Shown one piece after another: positions 12,037-24,900 of a stretch of DNA of 64,000 nucleotides. The notes under the pieces were generated by a model that saw only the letters and a list, made by a program, of their open reading frames with translations, searched no databases and was not told the origin of the DNA. Both the position numbers and the translations under genes were made by a program. How positions within the stretch are numbered: the first letter of the stretch is position 1; every line of letters starts with the position of its first letter. The DNA comes from Octopus sinensis (taxonomy: Eukaryota), in contig NC_043010.1 of the NCBI RefSeq assembly GCF_006345805.1, positions 32,798,001-32,862,000 on the forward strand. Direction: 5' to 3'.

Positions 12037-13139
12037 TAATGTATATTATTTAATGTATATTATCATTTATTACAGCCACACCTTTATGTATATTATTTGG
12101 GTTCTTCGTGGAGTTCAAGCCGGTCACTAACAAAGTGACACGACATTTTGAGTTAAGATAGTTCCCGACGTTCGTAAGTATGTGGTTGACTTAATGTGTG
12201 CAAATATGTAGATGTATGCACCTGCACTTATGCTCGGTGTGAATATTTCACTTTAGTACTCAGGCGTTTGCGCATTCGCTTACGTAGAAACGCATCAATC
12301 TTTGTGTATGTATGCATGTATGTATGTATGTATGTATGTATGTATGTATGTATGTATGTATGTATGTATGTATGTATGTATGTATGTATGTGTTTATGTA
12401 TGTATGTAGTTCACTGATGATTCTCAGTATAGAAGATAGTAGTGCTCAAAAGATTCCAATAATTGTTTATCCATGAGTGTTCTATTTATGCATGTATGTA
12501 TGTATGTATGTATTATGTACGTATGTACGTATGTATGTATGCATGTATGTATGTATGTATTATGTACATACGTATGTATGTATGTATGTATGTATGTATG
12601 TATGTATGTATGTATGTATGTATGTATGTATGTATGTATGTATGTATGTGCGTGTGTACGTAGATATGCAAAAGTCCAGTCAATCGGACAGAGCCTTAAA
12701 TATGTTAGATACGCACAAGCATGTGAATAGATCAATACAATTTCCCATAGCCGTGTGTGTACTATTGATAAAAAAATTTTTAAATGATTCGTGACAAAAA
12801 GCTATTTGTTTTGCTCTTTGATATATTTGATATTGACAAACGAATGAACAATTGGAACAGTTGACTGATTTTATGGTTAATTCAACAGAACCATCTGGGC
12901 GAGTAATTCATGAGGGTTTTTTTTTTTTTTTTTGATGTTTCCTTAATAAAATGGGACGATTTTAAAAAAGAAAAGAGAAAGAAACATAGTAAAGTTTAGA
13001 GGAAGAAACTGTAGTATTAGAGATACAAAACCCGTCTTGAATTCTTTAATTGACTCTTACATATATCTATTGTTATCATTATATTATCTATTGTATTATG
13101 ATATATCATCATTGTTATTATCATTAGCATCATTACTAA

Positions 13140-13340
13140 TAAAGCCGACAAAATGCTTAACGGCATTTCATCCGTCTTTACGTTCTGAGTTCGAATTCCG
13201 CCGGGGTCGAGTTTGCCTTTTATCCTTTTGAGGTCAGAAAAATAAGTACCAGTTGGTCTTTGAGATCGATGTACTCGACTTATCCCTTCCCCCGAACTTG
13301 CTGATCTTGTGCCAAAATTTGAAATCATTATTATTATTAT
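13140..13340 (+). mobile_element. SINE family B
   Basis: GAGTTCGAATTCC B box, Nin-like domain and (ATT)n tail. Confidence 0.85.
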
Positions 13341-13610
13341 ATGAAAACTCACAGCTTATTTTGCTGTGTACGATGGAAAATGTCAACTGTCCACAGCCAG
13401 CAGACTAAGGTGACACTTGTTTACTGGTCATGCTTCAAAAACCCTGCGAAGAATTCTTGCAGTTTCAAGCAATGCTCATTTTTGTTCTACCTTCACACTT
13501 ACACCAATCTTTTTCAGCCATGTTGTTAGTTGATTACTGATACTTCCAAGTGCACCAATTACATTGACCACAACCTTTCGCATTTTCCACTTCAAATTAT
13601 CATAGTTGTT
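13335..13610 (-). mobile_element. R4/Dong-like retrotransposon 3' end (lineage 3)
   Basis: Minus strand reads ALGSISNQLTTWLKKIG...ALLETARILRRVFEA*, then a 3' UTR ending in (TAA)n. Confidence 0.8.
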
Positions 13611-14189
13611 TATTTTTTTTTTTTTCATCTTTCACATTGATCCTGTTGTTACCAGGGCATTCTATGTCAATTATAATATTTTGCTACTGGGTAAAAGCAT
13701 GGGGTTTAGACTAAATCGAGAATGCTGCTTCCGAATCCGCACTCAGGATCTTGAGTTATGCGCATGCGCAAGATTATAACTATACTTTCGGATAGATATA
13801 AACCGTATTATAAAATTTGCTAAAATGAAAGCGATCATAATTGCAAAATTAAAGAAATAACAGTAATAAAACAAACGATGCGAAATACAGCTCTTCAGAT
13901 GTCTTGGGGAAATTTCGAACCTGGGTTCTCGTTCCAAAAGCATTTTTGATGTTATTATTATTATTATTGCCTACCATCTTAACCACCACGCCATATGCCC
14001 GCGAGCATTTATGGAATGAATTTTTGGATCCTTCCTTCATACCGGTTACCATATGCTACTCATATTTGCACTAAGTCTGCTTAGCAGGTTGTTGCGTCCT
14101 TGCATATGTGCTGCCTCTTTTAGTTTTTGTATTTTCCAGGTGTTTTCTGTCTCTTATTTTAACTTCATCCCACAGGGGGAGGTGGTTTC

Positions 14190-14635
14190 CGTTTTTCCAT
14201 ACATGATCAGCTATACCTGATTTTTAATATCTCCTCGTGTCACAGCTTTGCGATGTTCCTCCACTCATATTTTGAAGGGGCGGCAATGCTCCTAATGCTC
14301 CAATTATCAACGGTATCACCATTACTTTCCTCATGCCGCATAACTTTCCTATCTCGTCCCGCAGTGGCTGGTATTTCTCAATCTTTTCAGTTTCCTTACA
14401 TTTCACCCTCGATTATTATGTTTACTTCGTTTTCATCCTTATGGATGAGCACGATATCAAGTAGTCTCGCCTCTATGACTTGATCGCACTGCATGTTAAA
14501 ATCCCAGTGTATTTTGTAATGTTCATTTTCCATTGTTCGGTTCTCTCGAGATTTGCTTTACCGCACAACAGCCAGTGGATATATCTGGTCACATTGTCGT
14601 GTCTCCTTTTGTATTCGCGTTGTGCGAGCTAACAA
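14190..14635 (-). mobile_element. R4/Dong-like RLE domain fragment
   Basis: LAQREYKRRHDNVTRYIHWLLCGK..., CDQVIEARLLDIVLIHK, EKIEKYQPLRDEIGKLCGMRKVMVIPLIIGALG. Confidence 0.85.
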
Positions 14636-14689
14636 TATGGCTTATACTTTCTCCCTTCTATATATATATATATATAATATAAATGTATG

Positions 14690-14810
14690 TGTGCGTGTCC
14701 TTGAGTTTGGGCTTGTCCTTCACTACTGCCTGACAAGCGGTGTTGGTTTGTTTACGTCCCCGTAACCTAGCTGTTCGGCAAAAGTCCAATGACTGAAACA
14801 AGTAAAACTG
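14690..14810 (+). mobile_element. SINE family A, 3' fragment
   Basis: GACAAGCGGTGTTGGTTTGTTTACGTCCCCGTAACCTAGC...TGACTGAAACAAGTAAA. Confidence 0.75.
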
Positions 14811-15039
14811 ACAATTGTACATTTCAATCAGAACTAAGAAGACTTGATTTCTTCTTTCGCTATTCTCAGCATCTACATTAATCGTCTGTTCCAGCTTTTT
14901 TCAAGCAATTTTCGTACTTTATGTACCTAGGTATTCCACATATATCATTACTAGTTACATAATAAATATGATTTATGTGTGAACGTGGCCATCATCTTGT
15001 ATGGCTTTTATTCAAAAGTGTCTGTTCTCATGACAGAGT

Positions 15040-15612
15040 TGGAACCTACATACATTGAAGCTATGCCAACATTATGGAATAACAACAGAAAAAAGATGGT
15101 ATAGGCACACACCAGAAAAGGTCACAGAAAACGAGAAAGCAACCATATTCTGGGATATGCCGATACACACAGATAGAGAAATTAAGGCCAACAGACCAGA
15201 TATAGTTGTCAGAGACCATGAAGAAAAAAAATGCTTTCTAATTGATGTATCAATACCGGTGATGACAACGTGTCTCTAAAAGAAATGGAGAAACTCTCAA
15301 AATACGAAGACCTGGAAATAGAGGTAACTAGAATGTGGAATCTGAAAACAGAAATAATTCCTATCATAGTAGGTGCATTAGGCATGATAAAAAATATTCA
15401 GACAAATACATAACAAAAAACACCAGGACTTACAAACACATATAACATACAGAAAATTGCACTACTAGGCACTGCACACATCCTACGCAGAACACTTTCC
15501 ATACAATAACCATCAGAGCATCACAACAAATCACAGCACATACCCAAGGCACACAGAACTGCGCTCGGTAGTGAAGTGAAAGCACGCTATAAAAATAAAA
15601 CTACTGAATAAT
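15040..15612 (+). mobile_element. R4/Dong-like retrotransposon 3' end (lineage 1), 5'-truncated, (TAA)n tail
   Basis: KLCQHYGI...ATIFWDMPIHTDREIKANRPDIVVRD...LIDVSIP..KYEDLEIEVTRMW..IIVGALG..KIALLGTAHILRRTL (PD-(D/E)xK-type RLE). Confidence 0.9.
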
Positions 15613-15627
15613 AATAATAATAATAAA

Positions 15628-15800
15628 ATTTCCTAATGGAAAAAGTCCAAGACCAGATGGGATCCGGGGTTATTGGATGAAGAAGCTGAGAGGACTCCAT
15701 GAAAGGATAGCGAAACAACTAGATGAGTGCTTGCAGGACGGCGCACTACCTATCTGGATGACAGAGGGAAAGACATTGATATGTGTCAAAGATCCTGAAA
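15628..15800 (+). mobile_element. R4/Dong-like RT N-terminal fragment
   Basis: KSPRPDGIRGYWMKKLRGLHERIAKQLDECLQDGALPIWMTEGKT. Confidence 0.8.
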
Positions 15801-15902
15801 TACAATATCCCTGCATATCTCACATCTATTTTCATTCCTCCACTCTTTATTTCGTATCGTATCGTATCTATATTAACTATTGCTTAACCATTTTCTCACA
15901 CC

Positions 15903-15950
15903 GTCTCTGATGAAGGGATATAATAAATATCCTCGAAACAGCTGTAAGAC
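15903..15950 (+). ncRNA. Type-I minimal hammerhead ribozyme (PLE-type)
   Basis: GTCT-CTGATGA-A-GGGATAT(AATAA)ATATCCTC-GAA-ACAGCTGT-A-AGAC. Stem I GTCT/AGAC, intact core, palindromic stem III, GUA site. Confidence 0.8.
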
Positions 15951-16179
15951 CTTCTATTTATAAATGTTCTAAAATCTTCACAACCTTGATTTTTTTTATC
16001 TCAGTCTGAAAAAAAAAATGATATATATATACACATGCTGATATATGACCTACGTTGGACTTCTTATTCGCATAGTCACCGAACCTGGAGCTTAACTATG
16101 GTTATCCATAGTACTTACTCAGCATTACCTGACACCTTTGGGTCTTATTGACACCATTACATCCTATCTATATATATAG

Positions 16180-16222
<43 letters not shown>

Positions 16223-16444
16223 ATATAATATAATATAATATATATATATATATATTTACATACAATACATACATACATCATACTACATTCATACATACAT
16301 ACATACATACATACATACATGCATGCATGCATGCATGCATACATACACACTTACACATAATACATACATACATACATACATACATACATACATACATGCA
16401 TACATACATATAAATACATATACACAAACATATATACATACATA

Positions 16445-16878
16445 CGCAGGTGTGGCTGTGTGGTAAAAAGCTTGTTTTGCTTTCCAACTACATTGTTCCG
16501 AGTTCAGTCCTACTGCGTAGCACCCTGAGCAAGTGTCTTCTGCTATAGCCTCGGGCCGAACAAAACCATGTGAATGGATTTGGTAGACGAAAACTGAAAG
16601 AAGCCCGTCGTATATACATATATATGTGTATATACATATATATATATGTATGTGTGTGTGTGTGTGTGTGTGTGCTTGTGTCTGTATTTGTCCTCCCCGC
16701 CCTCGCCCGACAACTTATGTTGGTCTGTTTACGTCCCCGTAACTATGCGGTTCGGCAAAAGAGACCAATAGAATAAGTACTAGGCTTACAGAGAATGAGT
16801 CCAGGAATCAATTTGTTCGACTAAAGGCAGTGCTACAGCATGGCCACAGTCAATGACTGAAACAAATGAGTAAAAGAG
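16445..16878 (+). mobile_element. SINE family A
   Basis: A/B boxes, CORE-like CTGAGCAAGTGTCTTCTGCTATAGCC, central microsatellite, family tail. Confidence 0.9.
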
Positions 16879-16976
16879 TGTGTGGTATATATATATATAT
16901 ATGTTTGTATGTATATTATATAAATATGTATATATATATATATATATATACATACATATACATGTATATATATACG

Positions 16977-17057
<81 letters not shown>

Positions 17058-17288
17058 TATAACCAATTATATACTTTTTATTATTTTTTTTTGCAGTTTA
17101 CTTAATCATTGACATTTTATTGTTATTTTAATGTAATATTTCTATTATAAGTAATTTTCTGGATGGTGTAATTTAATTGTTCATTTTGAATTGATAAAAG
17201 GTGGGTTTTTTTCTAATTTTTTTATATATAAATGATAATAATTATATAATTGTATATATATATATGTGTGTGTGTGTGTATACATATA

Positions 17289-17364
<76 letters not shown>

Positions 17365-17733
17365 GGGGACATATATATATAATATGTAGTTATGTTTATT
17401 TGTACATGTGTGCATGTATGTACGTATGTGTGTGAGAGAGAGAGAGTGGGGAGAGAGAAAGAAAGAAGGACAAACAGAATACTCTAAGAATCTGATCATA
17501 AACTTACTGTAAAGGAAACTAAGAATAGATGATTTTCAACACACCTGCCTAAAGCTCTATATAACACTTCCCACCTCTCTCCCAGTCTCTCTCTTTCTCT
17601 TACTTATTGTGTTACTTTATCTTTTGCCATTTATCACATATTCTATGTTCTCGTCTTTATTCACAGTGCGCCGCTGTCTACATGCTAATGAAAATATTTT
17701 TTTTATTAGACCAAGAAAAAGCAATGTGTTTGA

Positions 17734-17788
<55 letters not shown>

Positions 17789-18244
17789 TGTGAGAGAGAG
17801 AGAGAGGAGGTGCAAAAAGTAAGAGAGGGAGTAGTTAGACAAATAGAATGAAAGAGGATGAGAAATACATAGATGAGTAAAATATGTATCTTTGAATAGA
17901 AGCCATAGAAGACGATTGCCACATCCACACATATATCAAATTCTTAACGCCAGTGCTAACGATATATGTGAAATACTCACGGTTACAAAAAATGATAATC
18001 GTTTTAAAAAAAACTGAGGCAGACGACCCATGTGGATACAGAGAAAAGCAGAAGTAGAAATTAAAAGTCTTTGTTTTAATTTAAATGTCATGGATTAGGA
18101 AAAGAACGGATATAACTAACAAGAAACTTGTACTTAAGAAGTTCGCTCCGCAACCACATAGTTCAGGTTCAATTCCTATGTACAACACTTCCGGAAACTA
18201 CCTCACATACCCACCTTCCCCTCCCCCATAAGCCCACCCACCCC

Positions 18245-18412
18245 TACACACATTTTTTTTCTCCTTGTTTTTTCTGTGTCCCTTTCTGTAGAAGAGCGTA
18301 GGCTCGAAACGTAAAAGACTTTTTCTATTCCTGAGCGTTATACTAATACAGCTGTTTGTTTTGTACACCACCTGTCTTCGTCTTTTGTTTTTTCGTAAAC
18401 TCTCCCTATATA
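18245..18412 (+). mobile_element. Short PLE-pLTR-like element with hammerhead-like motif, ending at (TA)n
   Basis: About 90% identical by eye to the reverse complement of 42159-42330. Motif at 18282-18317. Confidence 0.75.
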
Positions 18413-18419
18413 TATAGTG

Positions 18420-18630
18420 TAACTCGTAAACACCAGTCGTTTTTTTTTTTCTCTATCCCTGTTGCCCGCTTTGGGATCTTTCTTTCCTCTCTCTTCCTTC
18501 TTTATGTTTCCGACGAAGAGCTCCGCTCGAAACGTCATACCTTCCTGCTTCCATTTCCTGAGCGCCTATTAATAATAATACTGTAATTGTTCCATTGTTG
18601 TTGTTTTTTTGTTTTCCCGTTTGGATTAAA
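18420..18630 (+). mobile_element. Related, diverged pLTR-like unit in tandem, ending at (TA)n
   Basis: Shares GAAGAGC..GCTCGAAACGT and TTCCTGAGCG with the upstream unit. Confidence 0.6.
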
Positions 18631-19824
18631 ATTATATATATATATATATATGAATGAAAAAATGGTGATACCAACAACTCCATTCTTCACTTGTTATTTT
18701 ATACGTTTCGATTGATGGTGACCTGGATTTTCGGTTTGTGTGAAACTAATGTTTCCACTGAAGAAATTTTCTTTATCACACATTTTGATACTCAGTGCTG
18801 CCTGAAGTAATCGCTTGGATTCCTGGGTTCCTGCTTCCTCACTGTATACATAGACACCCACACACACACATACACACACACACAGATATTCCTCAGGCTC
18901 CATTTTGAAAAATGAGTCGTAAATTGAAATGAGAGAGTTTGAAGATACATATATATGATTGTTTTGTAGGTGCGTGTGTGTATTTTAATAGGCGCAGGCT
19001 ATCCCACCGACTTTACCGACTGTAGCCAAGAGACTTTGACTAGTACAAAAAAGAGTAGAACATATTTCTGACCTAGGTAATTTGCATAATTTGAACAAAA
19101 ACGGGCAAAAGAAATAATCCAAAGTGGCCAGTGGTATGCATTGGATTTAAATAAACAAATACAGATGTATCAAATACCATGCAACATAAATTATTTGTTT
19201 ATTAAAACTCTCTGCCTCTAGAGAATGTGTAAATGGCAGCTAAGACTATGTCCACTTGCGGAGGGGAGATAATCTCAAGCTTCAAATATTCTCTAAATTT
19301 ATACGTCATTAAGGAAACCTGTATTTGTCTAATTTAAGTCAGAAAAATGCAGTTAAATACTAAATGTTTTGATGCAAATATAATTAATGCTTGCTTTGAA
19401 GTAATATGATAATGTAGAAAGCAATCTCTTTTAAGTTATATAAAATAAAAGTGCAGAGTTATGTATTTTAAAAATTGTGAATAAATATTTTGAAATTCCC
19501 TTGTGAAGACATAATTCACATGTCACTTATAGCAGATACAATATATTCTTACAAATTCGACATGGGACATAAGAAAAAGGTTACAGGTATTGAGTTCAGA
19601 AGGAGAGAAAGAATGATTATTTATTAATTAATATAAATGAAGGAACCACATATGATAGCAGAAATATGAAGGACATATTTATGTAAAAAAAAAAAACCTC
19701 TTCTAATTTCAGGAATATAATATATTCACAGGATGAATATATTTTCTGTGCGACGTCTATTTCAGTGTTCTTTTATCTTCTTTTCTTTCCCTTTTTGCCC
19801 TCCTCTCTCTCATTCTCTCCCTCC

Positions 19825-19900
<76 letters not shown>

Positions 19901-21102
19901 CTTCCCTCTTAAACACTTTCCTGTGTTGCTATCTGTCTCTCTCTTTTACCTTCCTCTCCTTCTCCTTCCCTCTCAGTTGCTATCTGTCTCTCGTTGCCCT
20001 CTCCCACTTTTTTCCTCCTGCCACCACCACATGACCCATGGTCATCTTCACCCCTATTCTCCATTTCCTTTTTACGCCTCATCACCAAGGCAACCAGTTG
20101 TGTTTCTCTTGTCTACCACTTTCAACAAGGGGTTGTTGTCTCACAGCTGTTCCTTTCATTTCTTGTCCTTCTTGACACTTTTCCTGGCGTTACCTATATA
20201 TTCATCTAATGTTTGAGCTGCAAGGCCTTAGTTTCTTTGTATAATGTATATTTCTTTCATTTTGCTAGTATATTCACATTTTGCCCCATGTCCATTTGCT
20301 ATTTGTCTCATCTTGAGCCGCAAGGCTTTATTTTATATTATTTTGTTTAGTTAATGTATATTCATTTCATTTTTGTTCGTATGTTCATATTTTGTGGTGC
20401 CTGGTTCCTTGTTTCCTTGCTCGCTATTTCCCAGCGGATACTCGTCGCTGATGCCACTAAAGGGGAACAATATTACTGTTAAGGGTGTGAAATTTGTTAT
20501 GATCCTTTCGGTGATAACTGATGAGAATTTAGCGATAATCTATGTGCATATTTTCCGTGTTTCGTGTTCGTTTTACTTCATAAATTGTTTAATATATATA
20601 TATATATTATATATATATATATATATTATTATATATTATATAACAAATATACGCGCATACATATGTATATATATATGTGTATAACACACACATGTACACG
20701 CACACACATGATCAAACCGTCTAAGAAGAAGCTATTTATTGTCTAGTGGAAAACCTGCCTGAGCTTTATACATGAACAAGACGTGGTGAAAGAAACAGTG
20801 AGAGAAGCATAAGGGTGAGTAATGGAATAAGGAGGATTAGGCAAAGTCGAAAGTGGAGTGAAGAAAAGAGGAGGCAGAAAAGGAGTTGAACGATAAGACA
20901 GGGTTTAACACGTACATATACACATCGTACATGCATACACACCCGTGCGCACACAAAAATTACATACATACATGCATGCATAGATACATACATACATACA
21001 TACATACATACATACATACATACATACATACATGTATATATGCTGCTTGGATCCAGTGAAAATCTTGAAAACTAAATGAATCTCAAAAATATATATCTTA
21101 TA

Positions 21103-21143
<41 letters not shown>

Positions 21144-21211
21144 TACCTCATATATCTTTTATATATATATGCATGCATATATGGGTACAAGACATCACCA
21201 GCAGTGCAAAC

Positions 21212-21720
21212 AACATGAAATACGTAAGAGTGAAATACATGAACAACGAGAAAAAACGGAAAACAGGACAAGTAAACACAGAGAAAATACCTTTCATCAG
21301 TTGTCGGCTGTCAATCTACTCCTCATTTTGAACATTCAACGACAATATGAGAGAGATGTGGCGGAAAAGGAGTTGGACGATAAGAAAGGGTTTACATTCT
21401 CTTCTATCTTTTCTCTTTTCAAAAAAATTGTCTCCCAGCGTTCACTATTTTCCTCTCGTTCTGATCTAACGACCCACTATATTTGCTTTCGTTCGATTTT
21501 CATATATATATCTCCATTGTCATTATTTTTGTTCCCGGTTTTGACCCTCTGTAAATCCTAAATTTTACTTTCGAATTTATGGAAACAACTGTCTTTGAAG
21601 ATTCATACTGTCGTGAATGTTCAAAATAAGGAGTAGATAGACAGCCGACAATTGATGAAGGGTCTTTTCTCTGCTGTTATTTGTCCTGTTTTCCATTCGT
21701 TTGCTTACGTATTTCATGTC
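21212..21720. repeat. Diverged inverted repeat (arms 21212-21350 and 21602-21720) between (TA)n tracts
   Basis: For example GGAAAACAGGACAAG...TTTCATCAGTTGTCGGCTGTC versus GACAGCCGACAATTGATGAAG...TTGTCCTGTTTTCC. Confidence 0.85.
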
Positions 21721-21834
21721 TTTGCATATGTGTGTGTATATATATATATATATATGTGTGTATGTATGTATATCTGTATGTATGTATGTGTATGTATGTA
21801 TGTATGTATGTATGTATGTATGTATGTATGTATA

Positions 21835-22181
21835 GGCGCAGGCGTGGGTGTGTGGTAAGAAACTTACTTTCCAACCACATTGGTTCTGCGTTCAGTCCCA
21901 CCGCGTGGAACTTTGGGCAAATGTCTTTTACTATAGCCTCAAGCCGAAGCTATAGTGTATATATATATGTAATTATTTATGTATGTGTCTGTGTTTGTTT
22001 CACTTGACAACCGATGTTGGTGTGTTTATGTCCCAGTATCTTAGCGGCTCGGCAAAACGACCGATAGAATAAGAACTAGGCTTACAAAGAATAAGTCCTG
22101 AGGTCGATTATTTCGACTAAAACTCTTTAAGGTTGTGCACCAATATGGCCGCAACCAAATGACTGAAACAACTAAAAGAAT
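21835..22181 (+). mobile_element. SINE family A with internal deletion
   Basis: Head GGCGCAGGCGTGGGTGTGTGGTAAG and family tail. Confidence 0.88.
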
Positions 22182-22183
22182 AC

Positions 22184-22237
<54 letters not shown>

Positions 22238-22352
22238 TAGATAGGTATATATAGATATGTATATATATATATATATATGTAATATAAATATGATATATTA
22301 TATATGTATATGTATCGATATATATATAATATATATATTATATATAATATAT

Positions 22353-22408
<56 letters not shown>

Positions 22409-23430
22409 GAGGGAGAGAGAGAGGAGGAATGAGAGATAGGGGCAAGGTTAGCGGAGGCGGTCAGGGATGACGGTGAGAGTAAATGATGTGTAAGACAGTG
22501 GTGATGGTTTTCGAGGGGAAGGCGGCAAAGTCAAAGGTATTGAGGGTGGTGGCGTCAGAACTCTGAATGGTATGTGTGTATAGCAGATGTAGTGGCGATG
22601 GTGGTGGTACTGTTGTTTATCATGCAACTTTGCAATAAGTTCCAAGTCGACAAATTATATCTGGCTTAAAATTATATACTAGCTTAAAACCACCCTATAT
22701 ACATTCTATGAGGGTGGGAGCATGTGTATAAAGAGCTTAGATGGTCATGTATTTATATTTGAAGAGAAAATAAGCAACGTAGATGTCGTCTTTCTTCTTC
22801 TCTATTTGTATTCCCTACTTTACATTCATTAACCTCGTTAACACACACACACAGGTATGTACACTCATGTACACACTCGTACTCATACAAAAAATCCATG
22901 TCCCTTGAAGGTAAAGGGAGCAGGAAAACGAATAATGAAAATATTTCGTATATTTGAAAATTCGCTGCTTGTCCAATGAAAAGAATTTGCCATTACTGTA
23001 TTTACAACACATTTCCAGCCGGATGTTCTTATCTTACTTTGAAATAAACAGCCAATCACATTTTCCCTTTATTGTATATTTCACGTCAGTGACCACTGAA
23101 ATAGGATGTTTCTTCTCACACTTTGCTAAACATGAGGCTTTCCAAGTGTTTATGAATGTTATACTCTATTGGAAGCAAATCAGCAAACATGGGATAACAT
23201 GGATGAATGACTTGGCTAACATTTTCTTGCGTTTTGTCTGTTTTATTTTAGTGTGTGTTAGTTGGACTTGTTTGTATAAGTTAACAGTTCGTGGAAAATT
23301 TTTGTGGTTGTCATACATCGCAGAACCAAAAATGAAATGAAAGACTGATTAAGAATGAAGTAGAAGAGAATGTAAAAGAGAAAGACGAAAAGAAGTGTGG
23401 GTGGGGGGAAATAGTAAAGAAAGAAAGAAA

Positions 23431-23461
<31 letters not shown>

Positions 23462-23522
23462 TGACTTGAAAAGGAGTTTGTTGAATGTTTTTATATCTTG
23501 GTGAAGTCACGGACAACAGTTA

Positions 23523-23553
<31 letters not shown>

Positions 23554-23689
23554 ATACATGTAAACAACGACTACACATGACTGACTGCCATATCGTAGGA
23601 GGCAGAATGTCGACGAACGAAGTTTGGAATTCAGTTTCGATTTTTGGCTGTCAGCTATTTGCTTTCACTTACTCTGCTAAGAAATATGA

Positions 23690-24035
23690 AACTAAATTTC
23701 TGAGGTGAGAGTGTAATTTCTGTGTATCCCGAGGCAAGAAAAGATCACTCTCTTTCGAAGTAGAATCATTGAAGGCTTTGAGAAGGCTCTTTGTTTCTTT
23801 TGTGTATAGATCCAGTTAAAACCGTCCAACAGATATTTATTGAAGAATGGAATCGTTCCAACTGGGTTCTTAGCTGTTTCTGATGTGCTGTTTGTTAACA
23901 TTTGTTAGACATTTTTGAAATGCTGTCATGGTAAAGGCCGATCTAGAATGGAAGGTTATCGGCTAATTGTGGTTGAAGAAAGGATCGTCATGTTTGGTGT
24001 TGTATGTCATGTTTATGTCACCAAGTAGAAGCTTG
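23690..24035 (-). mobile_element. Decayed APE endonuclease-like region of an RTE-type LINE
   Basis: Minus strand LLLGDINM... followed by weaker similarity (TAFQK, SWNDSIL, LHSHLR). Confidence 0.45.
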
Positions 24036-24049
24036 TCAGTGATTTATTC

Positions 24050-24900
24050 CACAATGCAGCTCACTAGAGAAGCTTTCTTGCTATGATCTCGCAGAGCTAC
24101 TCAAAGATAGATCATTAAAATTCTTGCCCTTCTTCTGAAGTATAGGAGAGCTCAGAAGCTTAAAGCAAAAGTCATTAATCGCATTTGTGGACTTCTCTAA
24201 CTTATTCATCAGTATCACCAGAAAGACCATGTTACACATCCTGTTAAGTTATGGTATCCTAAATAAGACTGTCTAAGTTATCCTCACGTATAAAAATCCA
24301 TAAAGGTCTGCGCAAAGAACCGACAGTCAAACAAAGCGTTTCCAACAACAAAGGAATCCTACAGGGTGATACTCTAGTTTTTTTTCCTTTTCGTAATTGT
24401 AATGAATTACATCCTTAGGCAAAAACTTAATTCCATCCAGGACAAAAACTTCACTGTATAGTAGAAGTGACCAAGACGTCGCCAGCGTCTGTTTCTCTCT
24501 AATTTTCATTATACTGATGATCTTATCTGTGTGCTGTGCAAGTCTTGTTAATATACCTTGAGAATATAGTCTTAGTTGGTCTGTTTTTCAATGCAAAGAA
24601 TTCTAAATACCTCAATTTGTTCCAATTAAAGCATACAACTTTGAGAACAAGGAACAAGGCATTTTAAGTATTTTAAAGTAAAAGGCCTTGCCTTCTCCAA
24701 GGCACGTGTAGATAGCATCCTTTTGAATGGAACCGGGACAAGAATTATGAAGAAAACGCTTCAAGATCTTGATATTACATGCACTCGGATTCTCATGAGT
24801 GCTCAAAACATCTCATAGCACAAGTACAAGACTGAAGAGTAGATTTATGGACAGATTCCACCTACCTTTATTATTGTTGCTCAACTCTTTGCTGACCAAT
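24050..24900 (+). mobile_element. Decayed RT region of an RTE-type LINE
   Basis: KGILQGDTL..LFVIVMNYIL (QG motif) and HYTDDL (YADD-like), with many stops and frameshifts. Confidence 0.75.

Noticed and set aside
13759-13770. TGCGCATGCGCA (NRF1/Ewg-like palindrome)
   Set aside because: Isolated motif with no CpG-rich promoter context.
20510-20540. CTGATGAG core
   Set aside because: No downstream GAAA or stem III.
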